29,442 bases of DNA from a virus. The stretch is taken from positions 1 through 29,442 of IMG/VR virus record IMGVR_UViG_3300005573_001595; one strand, 5' to 3'. The notes under the pieces were generated by a model. That model was given only the letters and a program-made list of their open reading frames with translations. It was not told the DNA's origin and did not search any database. This document shows, piece by piece, positions 1-8,310 of the stretch (position 1 is its first letter; each line of letters begins with the position of its first letter). The position numbers were made by a program, and so were the translations under genes.

Positions 1-327
1 ATGCTTGACTATATGTTAACTGTTATATTGACAACTCAAAAGAAGGGATTGTTTGATGTAGCAATGCTCAAACTGAACTATGAGGCTCTCGCTTCCAAAA
101 TTCATCTCAGTTTGCAAGGCCATCGGGACAGTAAGGGCAAGTTTGATTGGGCAAGTGCTGTTCTCGACGCGGGCATTATCAGCGGTATCACGTTTTTCAC
201 TGGCTTAGGAACGTTAGCATCGAGCTGTGCCATTACACCTGACAGCTTGTGTGTTCTTTTGAGCGCGGTAGGCGCAGAGTTTATGGGGATTCTTGCAACC
301 AAGCGTGGGCTAGTGAAAAAAGTTTAG
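1..327 (+). CDS. Small membrane protein (holin-like or hypothetical)
   Basis: Two hydrophobic segments (AGIISGITFFTGLGTLA; LCVLLSAVGAEFMGILA) and a basic C-terminus (KRGLVKKV). The real start may be ATG at 64. Confidence 0.5.
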   Translation: MLDYMLTVILTTQKKGLFDVAMLKLNYEALASKIHLSLQGHRDSKGKFDWASAVLDAGIISGITFFTGLGTLASSCAITPDSLCVLLSAVGAEFMGILATKRGLVKKV

Positions 328-338
328 GGCGATAGAAA

Positions 339-917
339 TTGGAAGCTAAAACAACAATCACTATTCCTGAAGCCTACCGGGTTATCATTGAGGATCTACG
401 TCTCTTGCAGAGGGACGGCCAGAATCCCAACAAGATGACGGAGAAACAGAAGGCGTCCACTTGGAAAAGTCTCTGTGACTTTGGCTGGATTTACCCCATA
501 GTCACAAACAAAGACGGCATGTTGACGGATGGCGAGCAGCGCGTCGATGTATGCTTAGAGCACAGCGAGTTCTTCGGTCCCGTTCTGCGTTTACCGGTGG
601 AAGATGTGGATCGGCGAATCCTGCGTCAGGTCTTAAACAAGCTCAAAGGCACACATGACAAGCTCTTAGATGCCCAGGAATTCAAGCGCATAAAAGAAGC
701 GGGTGGAAAAGAAGAGTTACAAGGCGTGCTCGGCATAACTGACGAGACACTTGACCGCTATGATAAGCTTCTTGACGACGCAGAAAACGAGCAAGGAGCC
801 CTTCTTGATAGTTCTTTCGAGATAGTCGTTAAATGCAAAGATGAGCCTCAGCAACAGGAACGTTTTGGGAAGCTAAAGGATATGTGGGGTGAGGATGTAC
901 GGATTTTGACATTGTAG
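339..917 (+). CDS. ParB/Sulfiredoxin-like N-terminal domain protein
   Basis: NPNKM...GWIYPIVTNKDGMLTDGEQRV pattern of ParB-N (DG-x-x-R), followed by ..NKLKG; TTG start. Confidence 0.8.
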   Translation: MEAKTTITIPEAYRVIIEDLRLLQRDGQNPNKMTEKQKASTWKSLCDFGWIYPIVTNKDGMLTDGEQRVDVCLEHSEFFGPVLRLPVEDVDRRILRQVLNKLKGTHDKLLDAQEFKRIKEAGGKEELQGVLGITDETLDRYDKLLDDAENEQGALLDSSFEIVVKCKDEPQQQERFGKLKDMWGEDVRILTL

Positions 918-1579
918 TCGAATGGAACAAACCAAGCAGTTTCCGTGCCCAAAGCGTCGCTAGTAGTTTCACCATTACCGCTGACAAGATGGATAAGCGG
1001 TTTACGGGATCCCTTCCAATTGAGACTGAACCTTGGAAGATCGGCGTAATCTGCGGCAGAAGCGCAACCGGCAAAACGACCATCGCTAAGAAGCTTTTTC
1101 CGCAGGAATTCGTTAGCGGCTTCACCTATTCGGCGCCTTGCGTTCTGGATGATTTTCCCGAGGACTTGACGGTTGCCCAGATAACCCAGACTCTTTGCAG
1201 TGTCGGGTTTGCGTCGCCGCCTGACTGGCTTAAGCCTTACGCCTGTTTGAGTCAAGGTGAAAAGATGCGGGTGGATATTGCACGGGCTCTGCTTTTGAAG
1301 CAAAACCGTATTGTCTTTGACGAGTTTACCAGCGTTATCGATCGCGAAGTTGCCCGCATGGCCTGCATCGCCATAAGCAAGGGGGTACGAAAAAGTGGAA
1401 AACAACTGATTGTTGTTACATGCCACCGGGATGTCGTCGATTGGTTGGAGCCTGACTGGGTCCTCGATACGGACAAAATGGCTTTCGATAAAAAAAAAGA
1501 ACCCGACAGCCGCTTGAGCTCAAAATCTTCCGAGTTAACGCTGACCTTTGGCGAGTGTTTAGGCAGTATCACTATCTAA
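899..1579 (+). CDS. ABC-type ATPase, N-terminal part of an ABC-ATPase/GNAT fusion
   Basis: Walker A GRSATGKT, signature LSQGEKMR, Walker B VFDEF, switch TCH. First ATG is at 989, but the frame is open from 893 and encodes DFDIVVEW..FRAQSV, so an ACG start at 899 is proposed. Confidence 0.85.
   Translation, partial: TDFDIVVEWNKPSSFRAQSVASSFTITADKMDKRFTGSLPIETEPWKIGVICGRSATGKTTIAKKLFPQEFVSGFTYSAPCVLDDFPEDLTVAQITQTLCSVGFASPPDWLKPYACLSQGEKMRVDIARALLLKQNRIVFDEFTSVIDREVARMACIAISKGVRKSGKQLIVVTCHRDVVDWLEPDWVLDTDKMAFDKKKEPDSRLSSKSSELTLTFGECLGSITI
1490..1498 (+). other. A9 slippery tract (-1 frameshift or transcriptional slippage) joining ATPase and GNAT frames
   Basis: GAT AAA AAA AAA GAA in the ATPase frame. 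The -1 frame opens at 1492 and runs without a stop to 1977. Confidence 0.7.
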
Positions 1580-1977
1580 ACGAATCCATGGCTGTTGGTT
1601 GTCGTTGTTTTGCAGCTTTTCTGGATGGCTTGCCGGTTGCATTTATCGCTGTTCAGAGAATCAAAATGAAGGCCGAGTATAACCGTGTTAGCCGTCTTGT
1701 TGTTTTGCCTGATTACCAGGGTGTAGGCATCGGTAGAAAATTCTTGACCTTCATCGCTGATTTCCACAAGCGCCAATCGCATATCCCCTTTCGAATTGTC
1801 ACAAGCAACCCGCAGCTTATACGCGGTGGCTTGCGGGGTTGGCGCATTACTCATGCTGGGCGCGGAGGAAACATTAACAACAGGGGTTGGCAAAAGTCGA
1901 TGCGGCATGCCTACACTGGCGGGGCGCAAGATCGGCTTACGGTTAGCTTAGAATATTTGGGAGTGCCAAAGCCATGA
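1555..1977 (+). CDS. GNAT acetyltransferase domain (C-terminal part of the fusion)
   Basis: Acetyl-CoA motif RLVVLPDYQGVGIG; upstream in-frame residues KRTRQPLELKIFRVNADLWRVFRQYHYL from 1495. Confidence 0.85.
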   Translation: MFRQYHYLNESMAVGCRCFAAFLDGLPVAFIAVQRIKMKAEYNRVSRLVVLPDYQGVGIGRKFLTFIADFHKRQSHIPFRIVTSNPQLIRGGLRGWRITHAGRGGNINNRGWQKSMRHAYTGGAQDRLTVSLEYLGVPKP

Positions 1978-2017
1978 GGCGATTCTACTTTTTGGTAGAA
2001 AAATCGGGGGTAGACCT

Positions 2018-2530
2018 TTGAGGGAAGCACTTTTTAGGCGTCGGCAGCGGATGGTCCGCCTCATTGCCATGGGGAACGGCCTAAGCGCGGTTGTTCAGGC
2101 ATTATCTTCAGAGTTCAAGTGTTCGGCTAAGGCAATTTACAAGGATTACGAGCAGATGGATACCTGGGCGCATGCCATCGAGCAGGACAAGCAGTTAACA
2201 ACGATTCTTAGGGCTCGGCTGGATTTTTTGAATCGTGAAGCCATGGGGTTGTTAACTGAAGATGGCGACAAAAAACCGCTTAGTGTGAAGGATAAGTTTG
2301 TAAAGATTGGAGCTCTGAACACTTCGCTAAAAATTACAGTGGAGCAGATTAAGCTTGCGCAGGAACTTGGGCTTGTGGAGCGGAAGCCTGAGGTTATCCA
2401 ATCTGCAGTGAGCTTGGCTATGCCGTTTGAGACGTCGCCTGTAATCAAGGCTGCCTACGAGAAACTTGCTGAGACGCAAAGGGCTGAGAAGGATGCCGCT
2501 GGAAAAGCTAAACCTGACACCGGGGCTTGA
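2018..2530 (+). CDS. Probable terminase small subunit
   Basis: N-terminal HTH-like segment, helical body, and overlap with the terminase large subunit gene. Confidence 0.6.
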   Translation: MREALFRRRQRMVRLIAMGNGLSAVVQALSSEFKCSAKAIYKDYEQMDTWAHAIEQDKQLTTILRARLDFLNREAMGLLTEDGDKKPLSVKDKFVKIGALNTSLKITVEQIKLAQELGLVERKPEVIQSAVSLAMPFETSPVIKAAYEKLAETQRAEKDAAGKAKPDTGA

Positions 2531-3761
2531 TTTTCTCCGTTACTGTCCACATCCAGCGCAACTTCCTTTCCACGCCGGTAAAGGTGTCTATAGTCAACGG
2601 GCTTGTCTCTGCGGGACTGGTTCTGGGAAGACGAAAGCTGGGCTTGCTGAAGATGTTCGCTGGGCGCTTGATTATCCTGGAAGTGTGGGCTTCCTTTTTG
2701 AGCCGTCTTATCCTATGATGAAGCGTATTCTTTTCCCGACCTTGGAAAGCAAGGACTTCTTTGGCTGCGCCTACCCGTTTACGCAGAACCCATATGTGAC
2801 GGATTTCAACCGTGGCGACATGCGGCTGGATTGGTTTAACGGTTCGCAGTGGTGGTTTGTCTCTCTTGACGACGCAGAAAAAGCAGAAGGACCCAACATC
2901 GACTATGCTCATATTGACGAGGCGCGGCTAGTTCGCCATTTTGATGCTGCATGGTTAACGGTTGTTAGGCGTCTTCGCAAAAGTGGCCGCTGTATGGTTC
3001 CGATCCAGCCCAGCATTTGGCTTACAACTACGACCGATGCTCCCGGAAGCCCCTTGTACAATGTTACGGAAAACCCAGAGACTAATTCGCCTGACATGCG
3101 GATTTACCGTTGGAGCATCTTTGAGAACCCAACTTTGCCAAAAGAGTTCATTGCTGAGATTGTGCGGACGCACACGGGCGGCTTAGCTGATCGCTTCATC
3201 TACGGCAAATTCGCCACTGTCGCCGCAGGTAGCTTGCCCTTTGACTCCACAAAGCATATTCGAGAATTGACTGATAAGGCATTGATCGACAAAGTTAGCT
3301 ATGGAGTTGACTTTGGTTGGAGTGCACCCTCGGCAATTGTGGTAAACGCTTTTGACCCTGACGGCAGAGCCTACGCAGTAGATGAATTCTACAAGCGAGA
3401 GACAACCGATGAAGAGTTAGCTGAGGCTGCAAAAGAGCTACAAGATGATTGGGGTAAGGGAACCTTTTGGTGCGATGCTCGCTTTCCTCAATCGATTATG
3501 AAGTTACGCCGTGCAGGATTAGATGCTAAAGTCTATACTTTCAAACGGGAGGATGGCCTACGGGAGCTTGGAAGCCGCTTAACTCCTGCAAGTGACGGGC
3601 AGCCTCGACAGTTTATAAGCAAACGCTGTGTCAATCTCATCAGCGAATTGTTGGAGTATCGAGAAGACATCAAAGAAAACGACCACGCAGTGGACGCTTT
3701 GCGATATAGTTTGCCGCTTGAACTAGAAGAAAAGCCGTTTCTCTATGTGATTAGGCGTTGA
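2493..3761 (+). CDS. terL: Terminase large subunit
   Basis: Q motif HPAQ, Walker A GTGSGKT, Walker B HIDEA, RNase H-fold GVDFG...DAR...DHAVDALRY. ATG at 2493 preferred over TTG at 2466. Confidence 0.95.
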   Translation: MPLEKLNLTPGLDFLRYCPHPAQLPFHAGKGVYSQRACLCGTGSGKTKAGLAEDVRWALDYPGSVGFLFEPSYPMMKRILFPTLESKDFFGCAYPFTQNPYVTDFNRGDMRLDWFNGSQWWFVSLDDAEKAEGPNIDYAHIDEARLVRHFDAAWLTVVRRLRKSGRCMVPIQPSIWLTTTTDAPGSPLYNVTENPETNSPDMRIYRWSIFENPTLPKEFIAEIVRTHTGGLADRFIYGKFATVAAGSLPFDSTKHIRELTDKALIDKVSYGVDFGWSAPSAIVVNAFDPDGRAYAVDEFYKRETTDEELAEAAKELQDDWGKGTFWCDARFPQSIMKLRRAGLDAKVYTFKREDGLRELGSRLTPASDGQPRQFISKRCVNLISELLEYREDIKENDHAVDALRYSLPLELEEKPFLYVIRR

Positions 3762-3821
3762 GTTTTGATGAAGCGTGTTCGAGAAATTAGGTAGTTGATT
3801 AACCCCGTCCACCCTAACAAA

Positions 3822-4565
3822 TTACATTTCTTTATAGGTTCCTGCAAAAGGGTTCCAAGAAATTAAAAGCAAATTATTATTTCGTGCAAAATCTCTCTGT
3901 AACGATACGCTTTTTTCAACTCCAGTGAAGGCTGAAAAAACTAACATTCGTGTCTCATTTTTTGGAATGCCCAAATCAATAAGAAAATAGGTTAGCCTAT
4001 CCAAAGAATTTTGCAATAGTTGAGTTGTATCCAGTTTTTTACAGGTAATTTCCCCGATTATATGCTTGTTACCATCAAAGCCATGAAATAAAAAATTTGG
4101 CCGCTTTGTATTGTTAACTATTATCTTTTTAAAAGTAAAATAAGCGTCAGAATATATACCTACCAGATAATCATTTATGTCTTTTTCACGCCTCGAAAAT
4201 TTAGAGGGAAAAATAGAGTCGAATTCTACGGGCTGTAAAATGCGTAAAACTTTATTTTCAATGCCCCACTTTCGAAAATTGTTTAACTCTTTATCGGTAC
4301 AGCGAAGAACATTTCTTTTCTTGGCTTCAGCCATCAAGATACCCATATTCCTCTTTGATGAAAGAACAGCAGTGAGATTAGTCTTAAACCAATTCATCCA
4401 AGCGTCTTCTTTCTCCTGGCTTATAACCCAATTATCGTAATCCTCGTTGGGGTCGATTTTAGGGAATTCATACTTTCTTCTGCTTCCATGACTTTCCGAA
4501 ACTAGACCAGGACGAGTACTGAGAAAACCTTTTACGAAACTGTTTCCATGCCTATCCTTAACCAT
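3822..4565 (-). CDS. Hypothetical protein with possible degenerate PD-(D/E)xK-like C-terminal domain (moron)
   Basis: AT-rich 247-aa ORF antisense to the module; REKDINDYL...RPNFLF...IIGEITCK resembles the E...PD...ExK arrangement but lacks canonical residues. Confidence 0.5.
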   Translation of the reverse strand: MVKDRHGNSFVKGFLSTRPGLVSESHGSRRKYEFPKIDPNEDYDNWVISQEKEDAWMNWFKTNLTAVLSSKRNMGILMAEAKKRNVLRCTDKELNNFRKWGIENKVLRILQPVEFDSIFPSKFSRREKDINDYLVGIYSDAYFTFKKIIVNNTKRPNFLFHGFDGNKHIIGEITCKKLDTTQLLQNSLDRLTYFLIDLGIPKNETRMLVFSAFTGVEKSVSLQRDFARNNNLLLISWNPFAGTYKEM

Positions 4566-4634
4566 ATCCTTTATCCCTCTTTTTGGTATTATCTAAGCAA
4601 GGGCTGAGTTTTACTTTCATATTTAATCAATTAA

Positions 4635-4952
4635 TCAAGAATTGATAATATGATTGTCCAACGCTTGGCAATACGTTCCTATTCTGGTGCCTTCTCCATA
4701 ACAGTTTGTATGGTAGCCCCAACAGCATTTAAAGACATATGCAGAAGCCCTTCGAGTGTCCTTATTAAGAACTTTTATTACACGTTCGCCTGAATGTTTT
4801 GCCCTTTGAACTATGCTGGCATATACAAAGAAAGGCGTCAAAGACTTTTCAGTTCGTAATGTAAGTTCGCCTTTACTATGCAAAAAATCCCATGCTGTGT
4901 TAAAGTCATTAACTAAATTAACTGTACGTTGATGAATTTCATATTTAGCCAT
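4635..4952 (-). CDS. Hypothetical protein (moron)
   Basis: AT-rich ORF. ATG at 4952 has GAGGG upstream; the track start is 5021. Confidence 0.55.
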   Translation of the reverse strand: MAKYEIHQRTVNLVNDFNTAWDFLHSKGELTLRTEKSLTPFFVYASIVQRAKHSGERVIKVLNKDTRRASAYVFKCCWGYHTNCYGEGTRIGTYCQALDNHIINS

Positions 4953-5088
4953 GTTATAGCCCTCTTTTGAACATGTAGAGATTGCTTTAATAAAGTTAGT
5001 CTTAGCATGTTTAGAGTGCATAAAAGCGCTCGTTTACTATATGTTAATTCTTATAAGCGCTGTTTTATGATAGGGCTATTTTGTGTAG

Positions 5089-5135
5089 GCAGCTCTGGGG
5101 AAAGCGGTGAGCTTATGTCCTCTCCCCGGGGCTGC
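5089..5135 (+). other. Stable stem-loop in the leader of the head operon
   Basis: GCAGCTCTGGGGA (5089-5101) pairs with TCCCCGGGGCTGC (5123-5135): 13 bp including 2 G-U pairs; inner AAGC/GCTT hairpin. Confidence 0.55.
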
Positions 5136-5185
5136 GGGCTTGCCGTTTTCTCCATGGGTTGACGACCAGGAAAGGGCTAAGTTTA

Positions 5186-6649
5186 GTGGCGCGTCATCCT
5201 GACTTCGAGAAAATCTATTCGACTTTTATGCAGTACTATAGTAAGGACCCTAAACTTGGTGAGGTGCGTTATCAGCAGTGGCTCAAAGATAGCGGCTTAG
5301 ATGAGACAAGGGGCTACTATGAGCAAGGAGTTGAGCGTGCCCAAAATAGGCAGTCATTTGCGTGGGCTGATTTTTTGCTTCAATTCGTCAAGGAAGACAA
5401 AGATGCCAAGTATTACAAGGTTGAAGCTCTGTTTCCTGTTGAAAGCATGAATAAGACCTCGCCTCCTTTTACACGTGACGAGGTTTTGCAGGCTGCTCGA
5501 ACGTTAACTGGGAAACCAAGCGACCTAAACCACGACCACTCGCAGATGCTTGAGGGTGTCGAGATTGTGGCTGCGCAGTTTGAGGATGACTGCGTTGAAT
5601 GCCTCGTTCGCGTGCCTAAGAATTCGCCTCTAAATGGCATGATTGAGCGGAAAGAAATCGTCAGTGTCAGTATTGAGGGCGATTGGAGTCATGGCTTGCC
5701 AGGTCAAGGACTCGTATTAACTGGCTTGGGCTGGCTGACTAAGAAGACATCTCTGCCTGGTATTCCGTTAACTCGCATTGTTCCAGTGGAGCAGCTTGTC
5801 GAAAGTTTTGAGGTTAAAACTCAAGTTTTGCAGTGCTTCAAGGCAGGTTGTAAAGGTAAAGTTAAGCTGGAAGCTCAGCAAGGCGACGGCGTCCCAGTCT
5901 GTGCCATATGTGGCAAACCTGCAGACTATATCGTGAGTATCTGCGAAAGCTGTTTCGATAAGGCGGGTGGGGTAGTTTCAAGTTACGAGGGTGAAAAATT
6001 GGATAAAGAAGAACTTAAAAAACTCGTTCAAGACGGAGTTAAAGAAGGACTCAGACAAGTAGGTGTTACTGAAGCTGAGTGGGATAGCAACTATATTGAC
6101 AATTTGCCGGATGATTGCTTTGCCTACATTGAGGCTGGCGGACAAAAAGACGATCAGGGCAAAACTACGCCTAGAAGCCTAAGACATTTGCCGTACAAGA
6201 ATGCGGAGGGTAACTTGGACGCCGACCACGTGCGAAACGGTTTGGCTCGGTTAGATCAAACTGAGATTTCTGCTGATGCAAAGAAAGCGGCTATGAAGAA
6301 ACTCTGTGCCGCCGCAGCTGAGCTTAAGATTGAAAGCACCGTCTGCAACCTTGACGGCGCAGCCGAACGTCTCCAAGGTGAACTCATCCAAACTAAAGAA
6401 AAGCTAACGCAGGTAGAAGGCAAACTCGCTGAAGCCAACGGTACCGTTGAGAAGTTAAAGCAGCTTGTGCCCGGTGTTGATTTGCTGTCGAATCCGTCTA
6501 AGTTGATGCCTGTTTCGGAGTGTCTGGAGCGTTTGGGCCGTTGTGACTTGCCCAAGATGCAGGAGAGGCTTTCGCTGGGTAATCAGCTGCAGGCTCAGAA
6601 GGTTCGCAGGGAAATCTTTGAAGTTAAGCAAAAGTACGGTGTTGCATAG
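5186..6649 (+). CDS. Prohead protease/scaffold-like multidomain protein
   Basis: Directly upstream of the decoration and MCP genes. Protease-like core (DLNH...VSVSIEG), Cys-rich segment (CAICGKP...CESC), LRHLPYK domain and C-terminal coiled coil. GTG at 5186 preferred over 5159. Confidence 0.7.
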   Translation: MARHPDFEKIYSTFMQYYSKDPKLGEVRYQQWLKDSGLDETRGYYEQGVERAQNRQSFAWADFLLQFVKEDKDAKYYKVEALFPVESMNKTSPPFTRDEVLQAARTLTGKPSDLNHDHSQMLEGVEIVAAQFEDDCVECLVRVPKNSPLNGMIERKEIVSVSIEGDWSHGLPGQGLVLTGLGWLTKKTSLPGIPLTRIVPVEQLVESFEVKTQVLQCFKAGCKGKVKLEAQQGDGVPVCAICGKPADYIVSICESCFDKAGGVVSSYEGEKLDKEELKKLVQDGVKEGLRQVGVTEAEWDSNYIDNLPDDCFAYIEAGGQKDDQGKTTPRSLRHLPYKNAEGNLDADHVRNGLARLDQTEISADAKKAAMKKLCAAAAELKIESTVCNLDGAAERLQGELIQTKEKLTQVEGKLAEANGTVEKLKQLVPGVDLLSNPSKLMPVSECLERLGRCDLPKMQERLSLGNQLQAQKVRREIFEVKQKYGVA

Positions 6650-6765
6650 TGGCTAAGGAAAAAAGCTTCTATGAAAAAAGTAAAAGCCAAACTCTGGATA
6701 ACACTGAGTTGGCGGCTTGGCTGCGTGCCGTCGAAGACCGCTTAAACAAGGGGTCAACTGGGTAA
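6649..6765 (+). CDS. 38-aa small protein (not in ORF track)
   Basis: GTG overlaps the upstream TAG (TAGTG); reads MAKEKSFYEKSKSQTLDNTELAAWLRAVEDRLNKGSTG*. Confidence 0.5.
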   Translation: MAKEKSFYEKSKSQTLDNTELAAWLRAVEDRLNKGSTG

Positions 6766-6854
6766 TGGCGGCACTTTTTATACTCACAACTGTGGGGGCG
6801 AGTACCAAAAGACGAATTTTGGGAAAGCTGAAAACTTTTGGAAGGTCGATTTAG

Positions 6855-7286
6855 ATGGCTGATTTAACTGGCAAAGCATGGATGGCTGTTGGTGAAACTG
6901 ACGATCCAGAAGCGGTTATTGAAAGCTATGAAGCTTTTGAGGAAGTGACTAAGGGCTGGGCTGTTGAGTTAACTAATGATGGCAAAGTTCGTGTAACTGC
7001 TACCTCTTGGTATGGCTTTGGTGTTGCTCTCAAGTCAGTTGCTGCTGGCGAGATGGTTCCTGTCCTGCGACGGGGCAGAGTTAAGATGACTGCCAACGGC
7101 GTTTTCTCCGCTGCAGGTGTTGCGGTTCGTAACGCCGGCGGCGGGAAAGTAACTGAGCTTAACGATCAACCTGTAAACGAGGGCGGCGCAGGGCAGTACA
7201 CGATCTATTACAGTCGAAAGCTGGGCACTGCATTGCAGAAGGCTAACGCTGACGGCGACTTGATCTTCGTAGATGTGGGGAGCTAG
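6855..7286 (+). CDS. Capsid decoration/cement protein (DUF2190-like)
   Basis: Gly/Ala/Val-rich beta pattern GVALKSVAAGEMVPVLRRG; lies immediately before the MCP. Confidence 0.7.
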   Translation: MADLTGKAWMAVGETDDPEAVIESYEAFEEVTKGWAVELTNDGKVRVTATSWYGFGVALKSVAAGEMVPVLRRGRVKMTANGVFSAAGVAVRNAGGGKVTELNDQPVNEGGAGQYTIYYSRKLGTALQKANADGDLIFVDVGS

Positions 7287-7288
7287 AT

Positions 7289-8242
7289 ATGAAGCCGAAA
7301 CTTTTTGAGTCTGTGATGCAGAAGCAGGGCGAACAACGCATACTCTATGAGAAGCTAAAGCAGAGCAATACTTCGCCGTGGTTTAAACGCTATACCGCTG
7401 TAGGCATTAAAGAAGGCCTCTTCAGCGACTCTGCAGGCGCTTTAGGTAAGCTTCATGATACTTTAGTGGAAGCTGCGTATCCTGAGTTGATTGGCAGAAT
7501 CATCATTAATGTTATGCCGACGTCTGAGGCTTTAGAGCGTTTTCCACTTGACGTTGATGCTGTTGCTTACCGGTATGCTGAGGGAGCCATGACACGTTTA
7601 AGCGGCAAAAAGAACACAACGGTTGACATAAACACTGATAAGCTGGTTGATTCCAGTGAGGAGTGGACGCGTGAATTCGTTGAGGACGCCACTTGGAATG
7701 TCATGGATAACATGGTCGGTAAAGTCGGCAGAGCACTTGGCATCAAAGAAACCGAAGACATAATCAGCATGTATGATGCGATCGCGGCTGGTGATCTAGC
7801 GGGCGGTGCGGCTTTGAACGGTGGCGGCGCCGTATTTAGCTGGACAAAGATTCTGGAGCTGTACAATGCTGTACGTGGGCAGAATTGGCGTCCCACGGTG
7901 TTAGCGGTTAATGAGACACAGTTGAACCAATTGCTAAACGATGACAAGTTCATTCATGCGCAGTATTTGCCGAGCGGTGAAACAGATATCGGGCAGGGTG
8001 TAGTCGGTAGCGTCTTGGGTATGAAGGTGCAGGCTAGCACTTTGGTGCCTAATGGTACTGCTTACGCGATTGATACCCGTGTTGCTTCTGTTATGCTTCT
8101 CCGCCGAGATGTCACAGTTGAGGATTGGGAAAGCGTAAAAGAGGGCAAGTATGGTGTCCGGGCTTCTACCCGCTATGGTCTAGGTGTCTTGCGTGCGAAT
8201 GCTGTTGCCAAAATGACCAACATCAAAACAACGCTGACCTAA
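7289..8242 (+). CDS. Major capsid protein (HK97 fold)
   Basis: 317 aa; E-loop (VAYRYAEG), backbone helix (TREFVEDATWNVMDNMVGKVGRALG), GSVLGMKVQASTLVP, and a terminal RYGLGVLRANAV motif. Confidence 0.9.
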   Translation: MKPKLFESVMQKQGEQRILYEKLKQSNTSPWFKRYTAVGIKEGLFSDSAGALGKLHDTLVEAAYPELIGRIIINVMPTSEALERFPLDVDAVAYRYAEGAMTRLSGKKNTTVDINTDKLVDSSEEWTREFVEDATWNVMDNMVGKVGRALGIKETEDIISMYDAIAAGDLAGGAALNGGGAVFSWTKILELYNAVRGQNWRPTVLAVNETQLNQLLNDDKFIHAQYLPSGETDIGQGVVGSVLGMKVQASTLVPNGTAYAIDTRVASVMLLRRDVTVEDWESVKEGKYGVRASTRYGLGVLRANAVAKMTNIKTTLT

Positions 8243-8310
8243 ACACACGTCAACGAACATCAACTATTTTCCCCATTTTTTGGGCTTTTCAAATTTGCGA
8301 GGTCTAACCC

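Noticed and set aside
989-1579. Calling the ABC ATPase a membrane transporter subunit
   Set aside because: No permease nearby. It is linked to a GNAT domain and sits in a packaging context.
5050-5160. Possible tRNA or att-associated RNA gene
   Set aside because: No cloverleaf, T-loop GTTC motif or CCA end; only a single long stem.
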